A stretch of 64,000 bases of DNA from contig MU054925.1 in assembly GCA_013239625.1 (NCBI GenBank), positions 12,280,018 to 12,344,017 of the forward strand, in the 5' to 3' direction. Source of the DNA: Lama guanicoe. Taxonomy: Eukaryota. The position numbers and the translations under genes were made by a program. Each line of letters begins with the position of its first letter. The stretch's first letter is position 1. This document shows, in pieces, positions 26,481 through 38,433 of the stretch. Below the pieces are notes generated by a model. That model was not told where the DNA came from, ran no database searches, and saw nothing but the letters and a program-made list of their open reading frames with translations.

Positions 26481-26620
26481 ATGCTAATGAGGCCGTGACG
26501 TCAGCCAGTCAGTCACGGCATCTGGACGTCCCGTCCCCGCTGCCCAGCGCCGAGATTTATTTACATGTAAATTAGCCTCGCCTTCCAAGTCAATAATCCC
26601 CAGGACAGGAAGAGGGGAAG
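26440..26620 (-). promoter_or_regulatory. Probable PRICKLE2 proximal promoter: CRE TGACGTCA (26496-26503), octamer-like ATGCTAAT (26481-26488), palindrome ATTTACATGTAAAT (26559-26572) overlapping a forkhead-like GTAAATAAA
   Basis: Motifs read directly; CpG-rich; adjacent to putative exon 1. Confidence 0.65.
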
Positions 26621-27164
26621 AAAACCTTTGCAGGATGCAAAGGCCACCAGCTAACGCAGTCTCCAAAGGAGCACAAAAATATCACATACGAGAAGAGACG
26701 CTTTAAAGATACACGCCTTTTTTTTTTTTTTTCTTTCCCCTCTTTAGAGGCTGTGCTCTTATGTGCCGCAGATCAGATCTGGGCACAGTTACCAACCTGA
26801 GCGCCTGTTTCCGATTATATGCTGCACCAATCCAGGAGTGGAATCAGGGCTTTTTTTTTTCCCCCTCTCCAAAAGCTGTGCTGAGCCTTCAAATGCCTCT
26901 ACTTTCTTTTTCTTTCTTCTCTCTCTCTCCAACTTTCATTTCAGGCTATTTGTTGTTTTGGGACTGGGTCATCCTTTAATTTTTGCACCCCTCCTCCCCC
27001 ATCCACAGACAAAACCCAAGTGACTGCTTTTCTCACACGCTTGGGTGTGGAATTAGTCAACCCCTCTGTCAACCCTTGACCCCAGCTCCAAGTCAGCATG
27101 AGAGATGACAAAGCATAAACCTTTCCAGGGGCTTCTGAGGACACTTGGGCCCTTAGAAAACACT

Positions 27165-27580
27165 GCTTTCCAACTCTCCATTTTACAGATTAGGAAACTG
27201 AGGCTTTGAGTGGAGAAGGGAGTTTTCCAAGGTCACACAGGGAGTTCAGCAAGGATGGGCCAGAATTCACATTTCCTGGACCTCAGTCGGGAGCTCTGTG
27301 AAATACCTTTGGGTTTCAAATCTCCATCTTTCTGCACCAACAAAGAAGTCTAACCAAGCAATCAGGAAGAAAGAACTCTACAGTATGGGGTAGTGCTGGG
27401 TTCGAATCCTAGCTTTGTTTCCTGCTAGAGGTGTGACCCTGGGCAAGTCGCTTTAACTCTTGGGGTCTTCAGTTTCTTTATCTGTACCACCCCTCCATTC
27501 CATAAATACTGTCTGAGCACCTACTCTGTGCCAAGAGTTGTTCTAAGGACTAGGTCTAGAGACGGTGTTTGCTTTGAGCT
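27165..27580. mobile_element. MIR (minus 27165-27290), MIR (plus 27390-27490), L2 tail (minus 27495-27580)
   Basis: cattttacagattaggaaactgagg; gggttcgaatcctagct..gtgtgaccctgggcaagtc; tgagcacctactctgtgcca. Confidence 0.7.
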
Positions 27581-28736
27581 CTAGTACAATAGACAAAAAA
27601 ATACTGACTGGCACTGTGGTGAGGATGGATACAATGCCAATATCACTAAGTAAGTTTTGATATTTTGGATGAGGTCAGAAGAACTCACAAAGGTTTTCCT
27701 TCCACTAGGATAGCCACTGTATCTCTCCTCTGAGTATTTCTGTGGTCATCTTTGTTTAAAATCAACTGTCCTTTCAGTGCTGCCTCTGCAGAATGCTGGA
27801 CCAGGGGAGAGGCAAGAGCCAATATTCTAGACTCTATGCCTGTGAGTTCAAAGCACCAGGGATCCATAGGAGGAAGGTGAGGGAGGGGCTGGGTAGGCTG
27901 GGAGACAGGTATGTTCCATCATGCCCAGAAGTGTGCCCGAGGACAAAGCTGCCAGCCTGGCTCCTTGCCCACCCTCCCCCGCCTGAAGAACCCACTCTGG
28001 TGAGCTCTGCCCTTCCAGCTGGAGTTCCTGAAGCTTCAAGTGAATTTCTTTGTTGAATGTGGGGAGGTTAAATTATGCCTTTTGTTATATATAATTGTAT
28101 TAATAATGCTTAATAACTTCTTTCAAACTGCTTCTCCCTGGTTCACAGAAGACCTTTCATGGTGAAAATCATGGGACCTGGAATAACTTTTAACTAATAG
28201 AAACCGAATACAAGGGGATGAGTCATACTCTGCTGTAGCTCTCCATCACACAGAACTCAGAGCAGGTAGGGAGACGGATGGCGCCGCCAGACCTCAATAT
28301 CCTTCAAGAAGATTACCAAATATAACAGTTTGGGGCCACCAATGGCCAAGGTGGAACAGTGACACCCTACTCTGGTGTGGCCATGGACAAGTCATTTCAA
28401 CTTTCTAGGCCCCTGCTTATTCATGTGAAGATGGGCCCCACTACTCTCTGATGTTCTTTTTGGCATGATCCTGTGAGCATTATGAGGAGCAATTCACAGG
28501 TGATGGACAGGAAAGCAATGAAGAGGAAAGCTGGTGCAGGGAGAGTGAAACGAGACTCATCTTCATGTGCAGTAGATCTGACACGTGACTATCCACTTCT
28601 TAAGAGGGGACAATATGACACGGGGTCTGGAATGGAGCGCCTGGGGTCAGACCCTGGCTCTGACATTTGCTAACTCTCGCATTGGGGGCCTGAGATTCTC
28701 ATCTATAATAGGGGACCATAAAACTGCCTACCCTTG

Positions 28737-28820
28737 GGAGGAGGGTATGGGTCACTGGTAGAGCACGTGCTTAGGCCCTGGGGTTCAATCCCCAGTATCT
28801 ATGTTAAAAAAAAAAAAAAG
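28737..28820 (+). mobile_element. Camelid tRNA-Ala-derived SINE (Vic-1-like), short variant, inserted in a MIR (~28615-28925)
   Basis: gagggtatgggtcactggtagagcacgtgcttag..ggttcaatccccagta plus A-tail. TSD ctgcctacc(c/g)ttg at 28724-28736 and 28822-28834. Confidence 0.85.
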
Positions 28821-29214
28821 GCTGCCTACCGTTGTAGAGCTATTTTGACGATCAAGTGATACTCTGCGTGAAGGAGTGACCGCTGAGCCTAGGACACAGA
28901 GAACGTTCAGGAAATGTTAGCTACTGGTAGTGGAACGGATGCTCTTACACTGTTTACTTTTGCACCAATGAGTTGGTGACTAGAAAAGTTCACAAGGCAG
29001 GAGGAAGTGGATAAATGAAGACTGCCAAATCTTTCCATTCCTAGGGCATGACTCAAAGTTTCACCTAATGTAGGTGAGATGAAACAACACAGACAACTTT
29101 CCAGTGACTGAAACCGGGAAGAAAGCAGGAACCACCACCAAGACGCACCAAGGTCTCTTCTTTTGAAGCGGGAGAGTAGGGCAAAACGACTCTGTTTCTG
29201 GGAAGGATGGGCGC

Positions 29215-29420
29215 ATCCATCATCCATCCATTCATGTATCCACTCACTCATTAAATGAGCTCCCACTTGTCAGACACTGCGTCAGGCCTTAGGGACATCA
29301 TGGGGACCAAGAAAGGCATGGGGCCTGCCTTAAAAAAGCTTAGAAATGAGAGGGGAAGACAATGAAGTAAGCAATTAAGAGTAGAGTGAGATGCGTGTTC
29401 TGATGGGCACACGCAGAGCT
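29215..29420 (-). mobile_element. L2 3' fragment
   Basis: (catc)n/cattca tail..tgtcagacactgcgtcaggcc..ggggcctgcct. Confidence 0.65.
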
Positions 29421-29829
29421 CTCGACGGTCTAATTGCAATCAGGAGGGGGATGCTGCAAAATCACGTTGCCAACGTCCTTTTGACAGCATGTGCCCTGTG
29501 AGTGCAGCTTGGAGGTGGGGATGCTGGAGATCTGGGCACCACCCTTGCAGAGATGACTGAAATCACAAAATCCGGGGATCGAGAATTCCTTGTGACAATT
29601 ATTTTCATCCTAGAGACCATTCTATTTCAGGATTTGGGGAACATATGCTGTTAGGTATTAGAGAAGGTGAAGCAACAACTACTTTGGAAATTTCAGAGAT
29701 GTGATAAGTAGGGACAAAACTCACAACGTTTTTACACAAAAGAGTGAAATTCCACATTTGTGACAACGAGCTCCTTGGGGGTGGGGGGCAGGGAAGAACA
29801 AGCAATGCATGTAAGACCTGACAACCTGA

Positions 29830-29995
29830 AAAACTGTATTCAGTTTCTTGTAATGAGCCGTAATGGAAAAGACAGTGAAAAAATATATATGTATGTATGC
29901 GTATGCAAAACTGAATCCCTTTGCTGTTCGCCTGAAACTAACACTGGAAATCAACTACACTTCAATAAAAAATAAGAATTTAAAAAAGAAAAACA
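29830..29995 (+). mobile_element. Cetartiodactyl-type L1 3' end (short)
   Basis: taatggaaaag..actgaatccctttgctg..aaatcaactacacttcaataaaaa. Confidence 0.85.
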
Positions 29996-31138
29996 AGATC
30001 GCACAATATGGTATTTACATAAATGACCATTACTGCATACAGTACATAGGAAGAGAGAAAAGAAAGACAAGACTGACTGTGGCTGAGGCGATCAGAAACC
30101 AGGAAGAGTGATCTGAATCATGCTGAAGGTCAAAAACATTTTTTTTTTGAAATTAAAAAAAAAAAACAAAACAAGGTTATGGAGGGGAAGGCCTTACTAA
30201 TGACACAAGATCCAGAGCTGTAAGTGAAAAAAGTGCTCCAAGTGCCAAGGTCAAGTTTTAGCTGGAGAGAGAGGGCTGCACAAATGCGGAATTGAAAGAC
30301 TCCTCTGCAAGAGCACAAGATGGCGAAGCAGCACCAACAGGACCCTGGCAGGTAATGACAGAGAGCCCGCTTCGTACATGCGAGAAAATCAAATCACCTT
30401 TCCATTCCAGCCAGCATTAGTCAAAATCTTGTTAGAGGATTATGGGGCAAGGGTAATGGAATCACTCACTGCTGGTTAGCTTACATGGGAGAAGCGTAAG
30501 TGATGACAAGGACTGCGGCCTCCGGGATGAAGGGCTGTCATGAGGACCGTCATAATGAACAATTTTTTATCTCCATCTCCATAGGTGTAAAATAAGAAGG
30601 GATGGATTTTAAATGAACTCAAGAGGGACTGCACTTGGCCCGCAGGAAGACTTTTGAATCCTGAGATGGTAAGAACGGGCATGGGTCACTCAAGGCAATG
30701 GAAGCATCTTGCTCTTAGGAGCACTTTACAAAGATAAAGGCATCACTAGTCTTGGCTGCTTTAGATCAGCACCTTCCGGCCCTGCTATCGTGACATCCTG
30801 ATTACTATGAGGGATATGATCAAAGTTTCAAACCACTTATCTAATAAAGGGCTTAAGTTCATTTCAGTTTACTTTATTTAAAAAAGGTATATATGCGTAA
30901 TTAATACATATACATACACACATACACATACTGTAAGTATATAACATACTTTTAAGAATATATTCTTTGAAACTTTTTACCATGTACATATGTATGGATA
31001 TGTGTGTACAGAGAGAGAGAGGAGAGAGATTGAGTTATACAGTTTTAAATAATCCACTCAAGAGCGGTTTTCTCAAGTGAGATTTCAAAAGTCAGTAAAT
31101 GTTTCAAAATGAGGGAGAGGAGGCGTACAAAGAATTAC

Positions 31139-31525
31139 TGTATCAGTTGGGATGGGCTAGACTAGTATGCAGTAACAATCACAACCAGGTCTCAGAGGTT
31201 TAACACAAGGAAAACTGACGGCTCACCCTTGCAAAGTTGGCAGGAAGGCCTCGCCAGGCACCTCTGTTCCAAGCAGTGACTCAGGGACCTAGGTTGCTTC
31301 CTTCTCGTCCGTCTGTGATCCTAACACTTCATTTCCAGGTTACAGCAATAGAAGAAGAGAGAACTGGGGAGGCTGCTGGGTGCCTCAGCCTGGCGGTTAA
31401 TGACATCACTTCAACTGGTCAAATAATCCCGCGACCTCACCCAGCTGCAAGGGGGCTGGGAAATGTCTACCCAGAAAGAGGAGGAAAAGGAAACCGTGAG
31501 GAGGCCTGGTAATGCCCACCACAGC
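31139..31525 (-). mobile_element. MaLR LTR (old MLT1, K/L-like)
   Basis: tgtatcagttgggat..gcagtaacaa..tctcagaggtttaacacaa..gtgactcagggacctagg..ctgcaagggggctgggaaatgt. Confidence 0.75.
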
Positions 31526-31954
31526 TGTCAATATTTATTTTTGCATGTAAATTCCTTTTTTAAAAAATACACAGGCTTCTAAACCCATAATGTCTTAAAA
31601 CAAAGGGATGTTTATCATCAAAGAAATGGTAATAGTCCTAAATGAATACTAGAGATCAAAGTTGCATCTGTTTTGCCCCAAAAGGGAGGAAATAAAGAAA
31701 ATATTCTCGATTTTTATTAACTTCCGAGCAACATCTAACCCACATAAACAAAGAGAAAATAAATGAAACTTGTAAAGCTTCTCTACTGTAGGTAAAGATA
31801 AACAAGGCACCCAAAGGCAGAAATGCCTTTGGAAATAAAAGGAACGCTCCAAAGAGATTCTCCTCAATAGATTCTAACCACTTTTCCAATTCAGACTTAA
31901 AATAATCTGCCTCGTGTAAACGGGTGGCATATTGTCACTGAAGGGACCCAACAA

Positions 31955-32155
31955 AAAGACCTGAATTCAAATCCACCTGTATTACCTCCCACCTGCATGA
32001 CCTTGGTAATTAACAGCCACTCACCTTTTCTAAGCCTCAGTTTCTCCATCTATAGAATGGAGACATCTATCTACCAAAGTCTGTATGTAGGCTTAGGTGA
32101 GTTACTTTATATGAAGAGCTTTGTAGGGTACCTCACATATAACAGGATATACTAT
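31955..32155 (+). mobile_element. MIR
   Basis: gacctgaattcaaatcc..aagcctcagtttctccatctatagaatgg. Confidence 0.75.
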
Positions 32156-32930
32156 AGTGGCACAGACCATACTCCCCACTTGGTTTTCAGAGAAGGGAGG
32201 GAGAATGACAGGTTCAACGACAAATGATAAAATTGTTCACGATAAACAGAAGGATGACACTCCCCACAGCACATCTTCTTTCATATCCATTTGTATCCGA
32301 TTCCATGATCATAAATGCCCCTCAGACCCTGGACACATGTCTGTATCTTGTGAAAAATCACCTGACACACTTTAAATCCCAAAAACGAGGCCTTCCTTTT
32401 CTCTTTTCCACCATCTTAGGAATCAGCTACATGTCATACATTTTAATCATCCTTGATCCTAATCATCTAATGCACAAAATTTCAATACAGCCTTTTATCC
32501 TCTTTTAATTACATTAATTCAAAGGAGAAATATGGACAAGCAAGCATGGGTAAATCAAAATGAAAGACAGCTGAAGGTTTTGCTCCCTTCTCCCCAAAGA
32601 TTAAAAACGCATCAATGATTTAAACGTGCTCACCACTGCACAGCTCCATGAAAATATTGTTAAAGGGACATGATGTGCGAGCAAACGTTACTTTTGTTTT
32701 AGATAAAGAAAGCTGCACTTACTACAGCGGCTTTTTGGAACTACTAATTTTCATTAAACAGCAGGATAAAACACTGGACTCTGTCTATGTAAAGGACCAG
32801 GAGAACACACAAGGACTGCACAGGGATGATTTGGCTTCCCAGCACTTTCTAAATGCAGTCACTCAAGTTCCGGCATGCTTCTTTTGGGAAAGAATGCCAG
32901 TAAAATGGAAGATACCCCAGGAAAAAACTG

Positions 32931-32967
<37 letters not shown>

Positions 32968-33094
32968 CTCTCAGCCTCATAAAATAGCAAACCGGCAACA
33001 CAGATCTGTCTCGGGAAAATTATCCTGGAACACCAAATGTCACAGAAGTACAAACTGACGTACTGGTTTTCTTCAGGAATGAGAAGGACTTACA

Positions 33095-33270
33095 TCCCAG
33101 GTGTTTTGCACACTTTATCTCATTTAGTCCTCATCATAATCCCGAACTGTAGCTTTGATTACCCCCTGGTGTACAGATGAGGACACTGAGGTTCAAAGGG
33201 GACAAAAGAATGACACAAGGGACCACAGGTGGGATGGGGTCCTGGGTCTGATGACCAAGTCCATATTTCT
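33095..33270 (-). mobile_element. MIR
   Basis: atctcatttagtcctcat..tacagatgaggacactgagg. Confidence 0.7.
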
Positions 33271-34281
33271 TCCTCTGATTCAAAGGTTCTCAACCATCCT
33301 TCCAAAAACCAGGTGTGTTCCAATCACAGCGTGGTATGTCGGAAATAACTCATTATTAAAAACAGAGGAAAATGTGGAAGGTTCTTTGGTCATCCAGATT
33401 AGATGAATTCCTTTGTACAAAACTGACAGTACCACTGTTTGAGATGTGTGTCCTTTCCTTTGGAACTGGTTTCCTGTTTCATAGTTTCTATAGCCTTGGT
33501 TAGCGGTTCTGGGCCATCCTTCAATGTTAATGATTACCTGATTAATCTCTCTCTCTCTAACTAGACTAGACGTCTGTGAGGGCACGGACAAGACTTTTTG
33601 GGTTCACCCTTCTATTCCAAGCACCTAGGACAGTGGCCGGTGACCTGACAGCTAATGGGTATGGGCTGAATGAATAAAGTTTGTCAATGACTTTTCTTGT
33701 CTAGAAATGAGAGGGAATACAGGATTATTCCTGTAAGAACATCTCTCTGCTCATCTGCATTCCAACATGATTTTGTGAGTAGGAAAGGCAAGGATGGAGT
33801 TAACCTCTCCGATTTTCTTAGTTTAGCTTCCAGGATGTCACGGTCTCCTGGTTTCCCTCCTACCCTCTGGCTGTTCTTCCTCAGTCCCTTTTGCTTTTTC
33901 TTCCTCATCCCCCTGACTGCTAAACACTGGAATACCTCCGGGCTCAGTCCTGGGACCGCTACTCTTTTCTGTCTATATTCACTTCTTTATTCTGGTCCAG
34001 GGTCTTAAATACCTTCTCCAGGTTGATAACTCCAGGACAGACTTATTCCATGGAGTCAAGGTTTACAGATCCACCTGCCTACGTCACATCTACATTAGGA
34101 TGTCTGAAAGCCTTCTCAAATTTAACAGATCCGTATCTTCATTCTTAATATCGCCTTCAAATCTTCTCCATTTGCAATATTCATTATCTCAGTTATCAGC
34201 AACTCCATCTTTCCTGATTAAGAACAAACACCTTCCAGTTACCCTTCACTCTTTTCTTCCTCTTGCCTTTGACATCTAATC

Positions 34282-34502
34282 CAAGAGTTGGCAAGCCACA
34301 TCTCACCAGCCAATTCCAGTCTGCTTCGTGTTTTTGCAAATACTGTTTTATTGGCGCACAATCATGCCCATTCATTTATTTATCATCTGCAGCTGCATTC
34401 ATGCTTCAACAGAACTGAGTAGTTGCAACAGAGACTGTCTGGCCTGCAAAGCCAAACAGATTTACTCTCTGACCCCTTACACTGAGTATTTTGTAATCCT
34501 TG
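34282..34502. mobile_element. MER58A (hAT-Charlie)
   Basis: gttttattgg..catgcccattcatt..gagtagttgcaacagagactgtctggcctgcaaagcc. Confidence 0.85.
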
Positions 34503-34565
34503 ACCAGCCCTGTCGGCTCTGTCTTCAAAATGTATGCAGAATCTGAGATCACTCCACCATGTTCA

Positions 34566-34712
34566 CAAGTCTCACCACCATCTTTCTCCTAGATAGAGAT
34601 GCAGGCCACCATCAATCTCGCCTCTGCCTGGTCTACCCCGCTCCAAGCCACCACCGTCTTTCTCCTAGATGGAGATGCAACCCACCATCAATCTCGCCTC
34701 TATCCAGTCTAC
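34566..34712 (+). repeat. Tandem duplication, ~76-bp period, two copies
   Basis: caccacc(a/g)tctttctcctagat(a/g)gagatgca..ccaccatcaatctcgcctct at 34573 and 34649. Confidence 0.9.
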
Positions 34713-35136
34713 TCTTGCCCCTCTTCAGTCTATTCACAAAACTGCAACCATAGTGATTCTCTGAAAACAAACATCAGAGCATATCACACTTCTCTCAAAA
34801 TCCACCAAGGCTGCTCATCTCCAAGTAAGGCCCTTGAGATCTAGGCCTTCTCATGGCTTCTCTGACACCATTTCCTGCTACTCTCTGCCCTGCTGTCACT
34901 CAAACACTGGTCCCCAAACACACCAGGCACATGCCTGCCTCCAGGTCTTTGCACTTGCTCTTCCCTCTGTCTGAAATGTTCCTCCGGCAGAGAGCAGCCT
35001 GGCTTACTCATCTTTTCAGGTCTTAAAACTGTCACCCAAATGAGGGCTTCCCATCCTATCTAAGACTGTCCTTCCTCCCATCCTAATACTGCCAAACTTT
35101 GTCCTTATTTTTCTCCTTAGCACTTAGTGCTCTTAA

Positions 35137-37177
35137 AATTGTACTGAGATACAATTTACAAACCACACAATTCACCCATTTAAAGTATACAATTCAACAG
35201 GTGTTAGTATATTCATACAGTTGTACAACCATTATCACAATCTGATTTTAGAACACTTTTACCAACCCCAAAAGAAACCCCTTCTCAATGAGTAAACATC
35301 CTCTGTTTGCCCTAGCTCGAGCCCTAGGCAAACCCCCATCTGCCTTCTGTCTCTTGAAATTTAATGATTCTGAATATGTCACAGAAATGGAATCATGTAA
35401 TATGTGACCTTTTGTAGCTGCCTTCTTTCATTTAGTGTAATACTTGCAAGGTTGGTTCATCCATGTTGCAGCTTGGAACAGAGCTTCATTGTTTTTGTAT
35501 TGCTGAAACATATTTCACTGTATGGAGATAACATTTTACTCATCCATTCATCATGTCCATCATGATGGACCTCTGGGTTGTTTCTACTCTCTGACAATTA
35601 TCGATTATGCTATTGTCAACAGTGGTGTCCAAGTTTTTGTGGGGATGTAGGTTTTCACTTTTCTTGGGTATGTATCTAGGAATGGAACTGCCGAGTCAGG
35701 TGGTAAGTAACTTTGTTTAACCTTTTAAGGGACTATGAAGGTCTTTGCCGAGACAGCCAAATCCGCTCTTAATTCTGTTGGGGTCCCCTTGTAAGTGATT
35801 AGTCGTTTTTTCTTGCTGCTTTCAAGACTTTCTCTTTGTCTTTCAACATTTTGACTGATGTGTGTCAGTGTGGTTCTCTTTGCATTTGCTTTCTTGGAGT
35901 GCATTAGCTTACTGGATATGTAGATTAATATTTTGTTTTCTACCATTATTTCTTCAAGTTTCTTTTCTGTTCCTTTTTCCTCTCTCTTCTTTAACTGGTC
36001 CCATCATACATATGTCGGTATGCTTACTGGTATTTCACATTTCTCAAATTTAATAATATCTCTTGTTTATCTTTCCTCATTTCTCCTGTTCTTCAGATCG
36101 CATAATCTTTTATCGATTTACCTTCAAGTTTGCAGATTCTTGCTTCCTCCACATTAAATCTAAGTGAAATTTTCATTTCAGTTATTTTACTTTTTAGCTC
36201 TAAAATTTCCAATCTTTAAATAATTCTTTTAAAAAAATAATTTCTCTTTATTGATATTCTCTATTTGATAAGACATTGTCACTATGCTTTCCTTTATTTC
36301 TTCAGACATAGTTTCCCAGAGTTCTTCGAATATATTTATAATAGCTGACTTGAAGTCTTTGGTAAATCTGACATTTAGGCCCCCTCACAGACAGTTTCTT
36401 TTGCCTATGTTTTTTCCTGTGTATTGATCATACTTTGTTTCTTTGTATGGCTCATGATACTTTTTGAGAACTGAATATTTTAGATAATACATTGTAGTAA
36501 TTCTGGCTACTGACTCCCTCTTCTTTTTTCTGGAGCTTGTTGTTTTTTGCTTATTTGCTTAGTGACCAGCTAGACAAGTCGAGTGAAGCCTGTTTCCCCT
36601 ATAATGTGCAGCCTTTGATGTTGCCTCTCAAAGGGCATGGGCACAATCTAGCTGAGCACCTGGCTGGTCTATGTTTATTGGTATTACACCCAGCTATTAG
36701 CCTTCACTAACTGTTAGCTGATTGTTCTATTGTTTTCACCAATACCTTGGGGCATAAATTGCTCCACAGTCTGATCTGACTCAAGTAGGGCTCCTGTCCA
36801 GGGACAGGGTGTTGCCAGTCTTTGAGGTTGTCCCTCCCAGGGGGAAACCATAGCCCTAGATCAAGATCTAGGTGGAGATGCGGCCGCTCCTTCATGACTG
36901 CCTTCCTCTAAAATCGTTTCCATCACACTGATCTGTATTGAGGGGAACAGGGGAGATCAGTGAGTCATGGCTCAAATGTCACACACACTCGGTTCTTACC
37001 AAGATTTAGTAGATTTTCTTGAACAGGTTTCTCCACCTGCTGCATACCCTTGGGACAATTTCTAGAAACCATAAAGGTTTGTTTTTTTAGTAAGTAACTT
37101 TCAGCAGTCAAACAACTGTTTCCCTAATTAAAGGGTCTACTTGTGCTCCTTACAATGCCATTTGGAAGTTGACACCC
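35137..37177 (-). mobile_element. Old L1 (L1MB-like) with both ends but a large internal deletion (mid-ORF1 joined to end of ORF2)
   Basis: 3' end from 35137; ORF1 remnant KKKRLITYKGTPTELRADL (35725-35946); 5'-end-like gggtgtcaacttccaaatggc at 37177; decayed TSD 35119-35136 / 37178-37195. Confidence 0.8.
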
Positions 37178-37774
37178 AGTACTAGGCACTCTTAACTCAC
37201 TGTATGTTTTATTTGTTTACATTGCTATGTGATCCGATTCCCTACGGAGCCCTGGAATGCAAGCTCCACATCGCAGGTTGCGGGGGGTGGCGCCGGGGAC
37301 AGAATTTTTGTCAGTTTCACTCAGCACCCTAACTTCAAAGCCTGGAACAGTGCCTGGCACTCAGTAGGCCTTCAGGAAATATGGGTAGAACAAATGATGT
37401 GCCCATGGCCCACAGCCAGTCCTGTGTATGCTGTGGCCAACCACAAGTTGCCACAGCTGATGATCCATTCATGGCTGTGACAATTATGAATAACTGCAGC
37501 CCTGTATTTCCACATAACATTTGCTTGCAATTTCCGCAGAAGCTGATCACCGCCCTGGGAGACTGTCACACCTGTGAATGTCACCAGGCAGATGACTGAT
37601 GGAGACGAAAGACTGAGATTTATAGTTAGAGCAGACATATCCCTCAACCCACCGTGCTGGAGTGCACCTTAGTGCCTTTTCATCTTAAATATTCTTCAAC
37701 ATCTATAAATAGCTTGCTATAAAGGGGATCTAATTTATCGTGGTTTGAAAGAAAGTCCTGCTGTCATGGAACTC

Positions 37775-38020
37775 GCCCTGACATTGGAATCAGGAAGCCT
37801 GTGTTTGATCCTGGACTCTGGCTCTTGCTGTCTGTGTGCCACCGGGCAAGTTACTTAAACTCTGTTTTTCAGATGCCTCCTTTGAAAAACATGAATAATG
37901 AGAACTGACTGTAACATTTGTTCTTGTTATATGAGCTCGAACAATCTTGACAAGGCATTTTGCACAGTGTTCGACATACCAGGAGGACTCAATGAGTGTT
38001 AGGTACCGTTATTATTATAT
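37775..38020 (+). mobile_element. MIR
   Basis: ggaatcaggaagcctgtgtttgatcctgg..gggcaagttacttaaactct. Confidence 0.75.
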
Positions 38021-38397
38021 GTAAAACAGAAACCAGAGACCTGCCCAGCCATCACACTGGGGTGATCTGTGCATTTAATGAGTGGCTATGAAGGTGGATT
38101 GCTCATATGATGTATTATGCAAAATTACCTTCCTGGAGCTACAGAACTAAGTCTTCTTGGCTCTCTGGGCTGAGAAAAAGCCTCACTAGTGTTTGCTTCG
38201 GTTCCAGTCTATCATTCCCCTCCTCCAGGCCTGTGCTCCCATTCCTCAGCCCACAGGTTAAATGAGGCCCTGCAGAACCTGGGAATTCTGCCTCAAGGCC
38301 CTCCCATTCCCCCAAGGAGCAAGCTCCTTGAACACCATCTGTCTCCCAGTCACCATCTTGCTCAGCAGAGGACTGGGCCAAGGCAGAGTCCAAACTA

Positions 38398-38398
<1 letters not shown>

Positions 38399-38430
<32 letters not shown>
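38399..38430 (+). repeat. (A)32 homopolymer
   Basis: Read directly. Confidence 0.95.

Positions 38431-38433
<3 letters not shown>

Larger units (their letters stand above)
33800..35136 (+). mobile_element. Long L2 fragment interrupted by MER58A and L1; its 3' end resumes at ~37196-37400
   Basis: L2 ORF/3' features (gggctcagtcctggg, ccacctgcctac..ggatgtct, caggtctttgcacttgct..ctgaaatg); tail ggaacagtgcctggcactcagtagg at ~37345. Confidence 0.8.
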
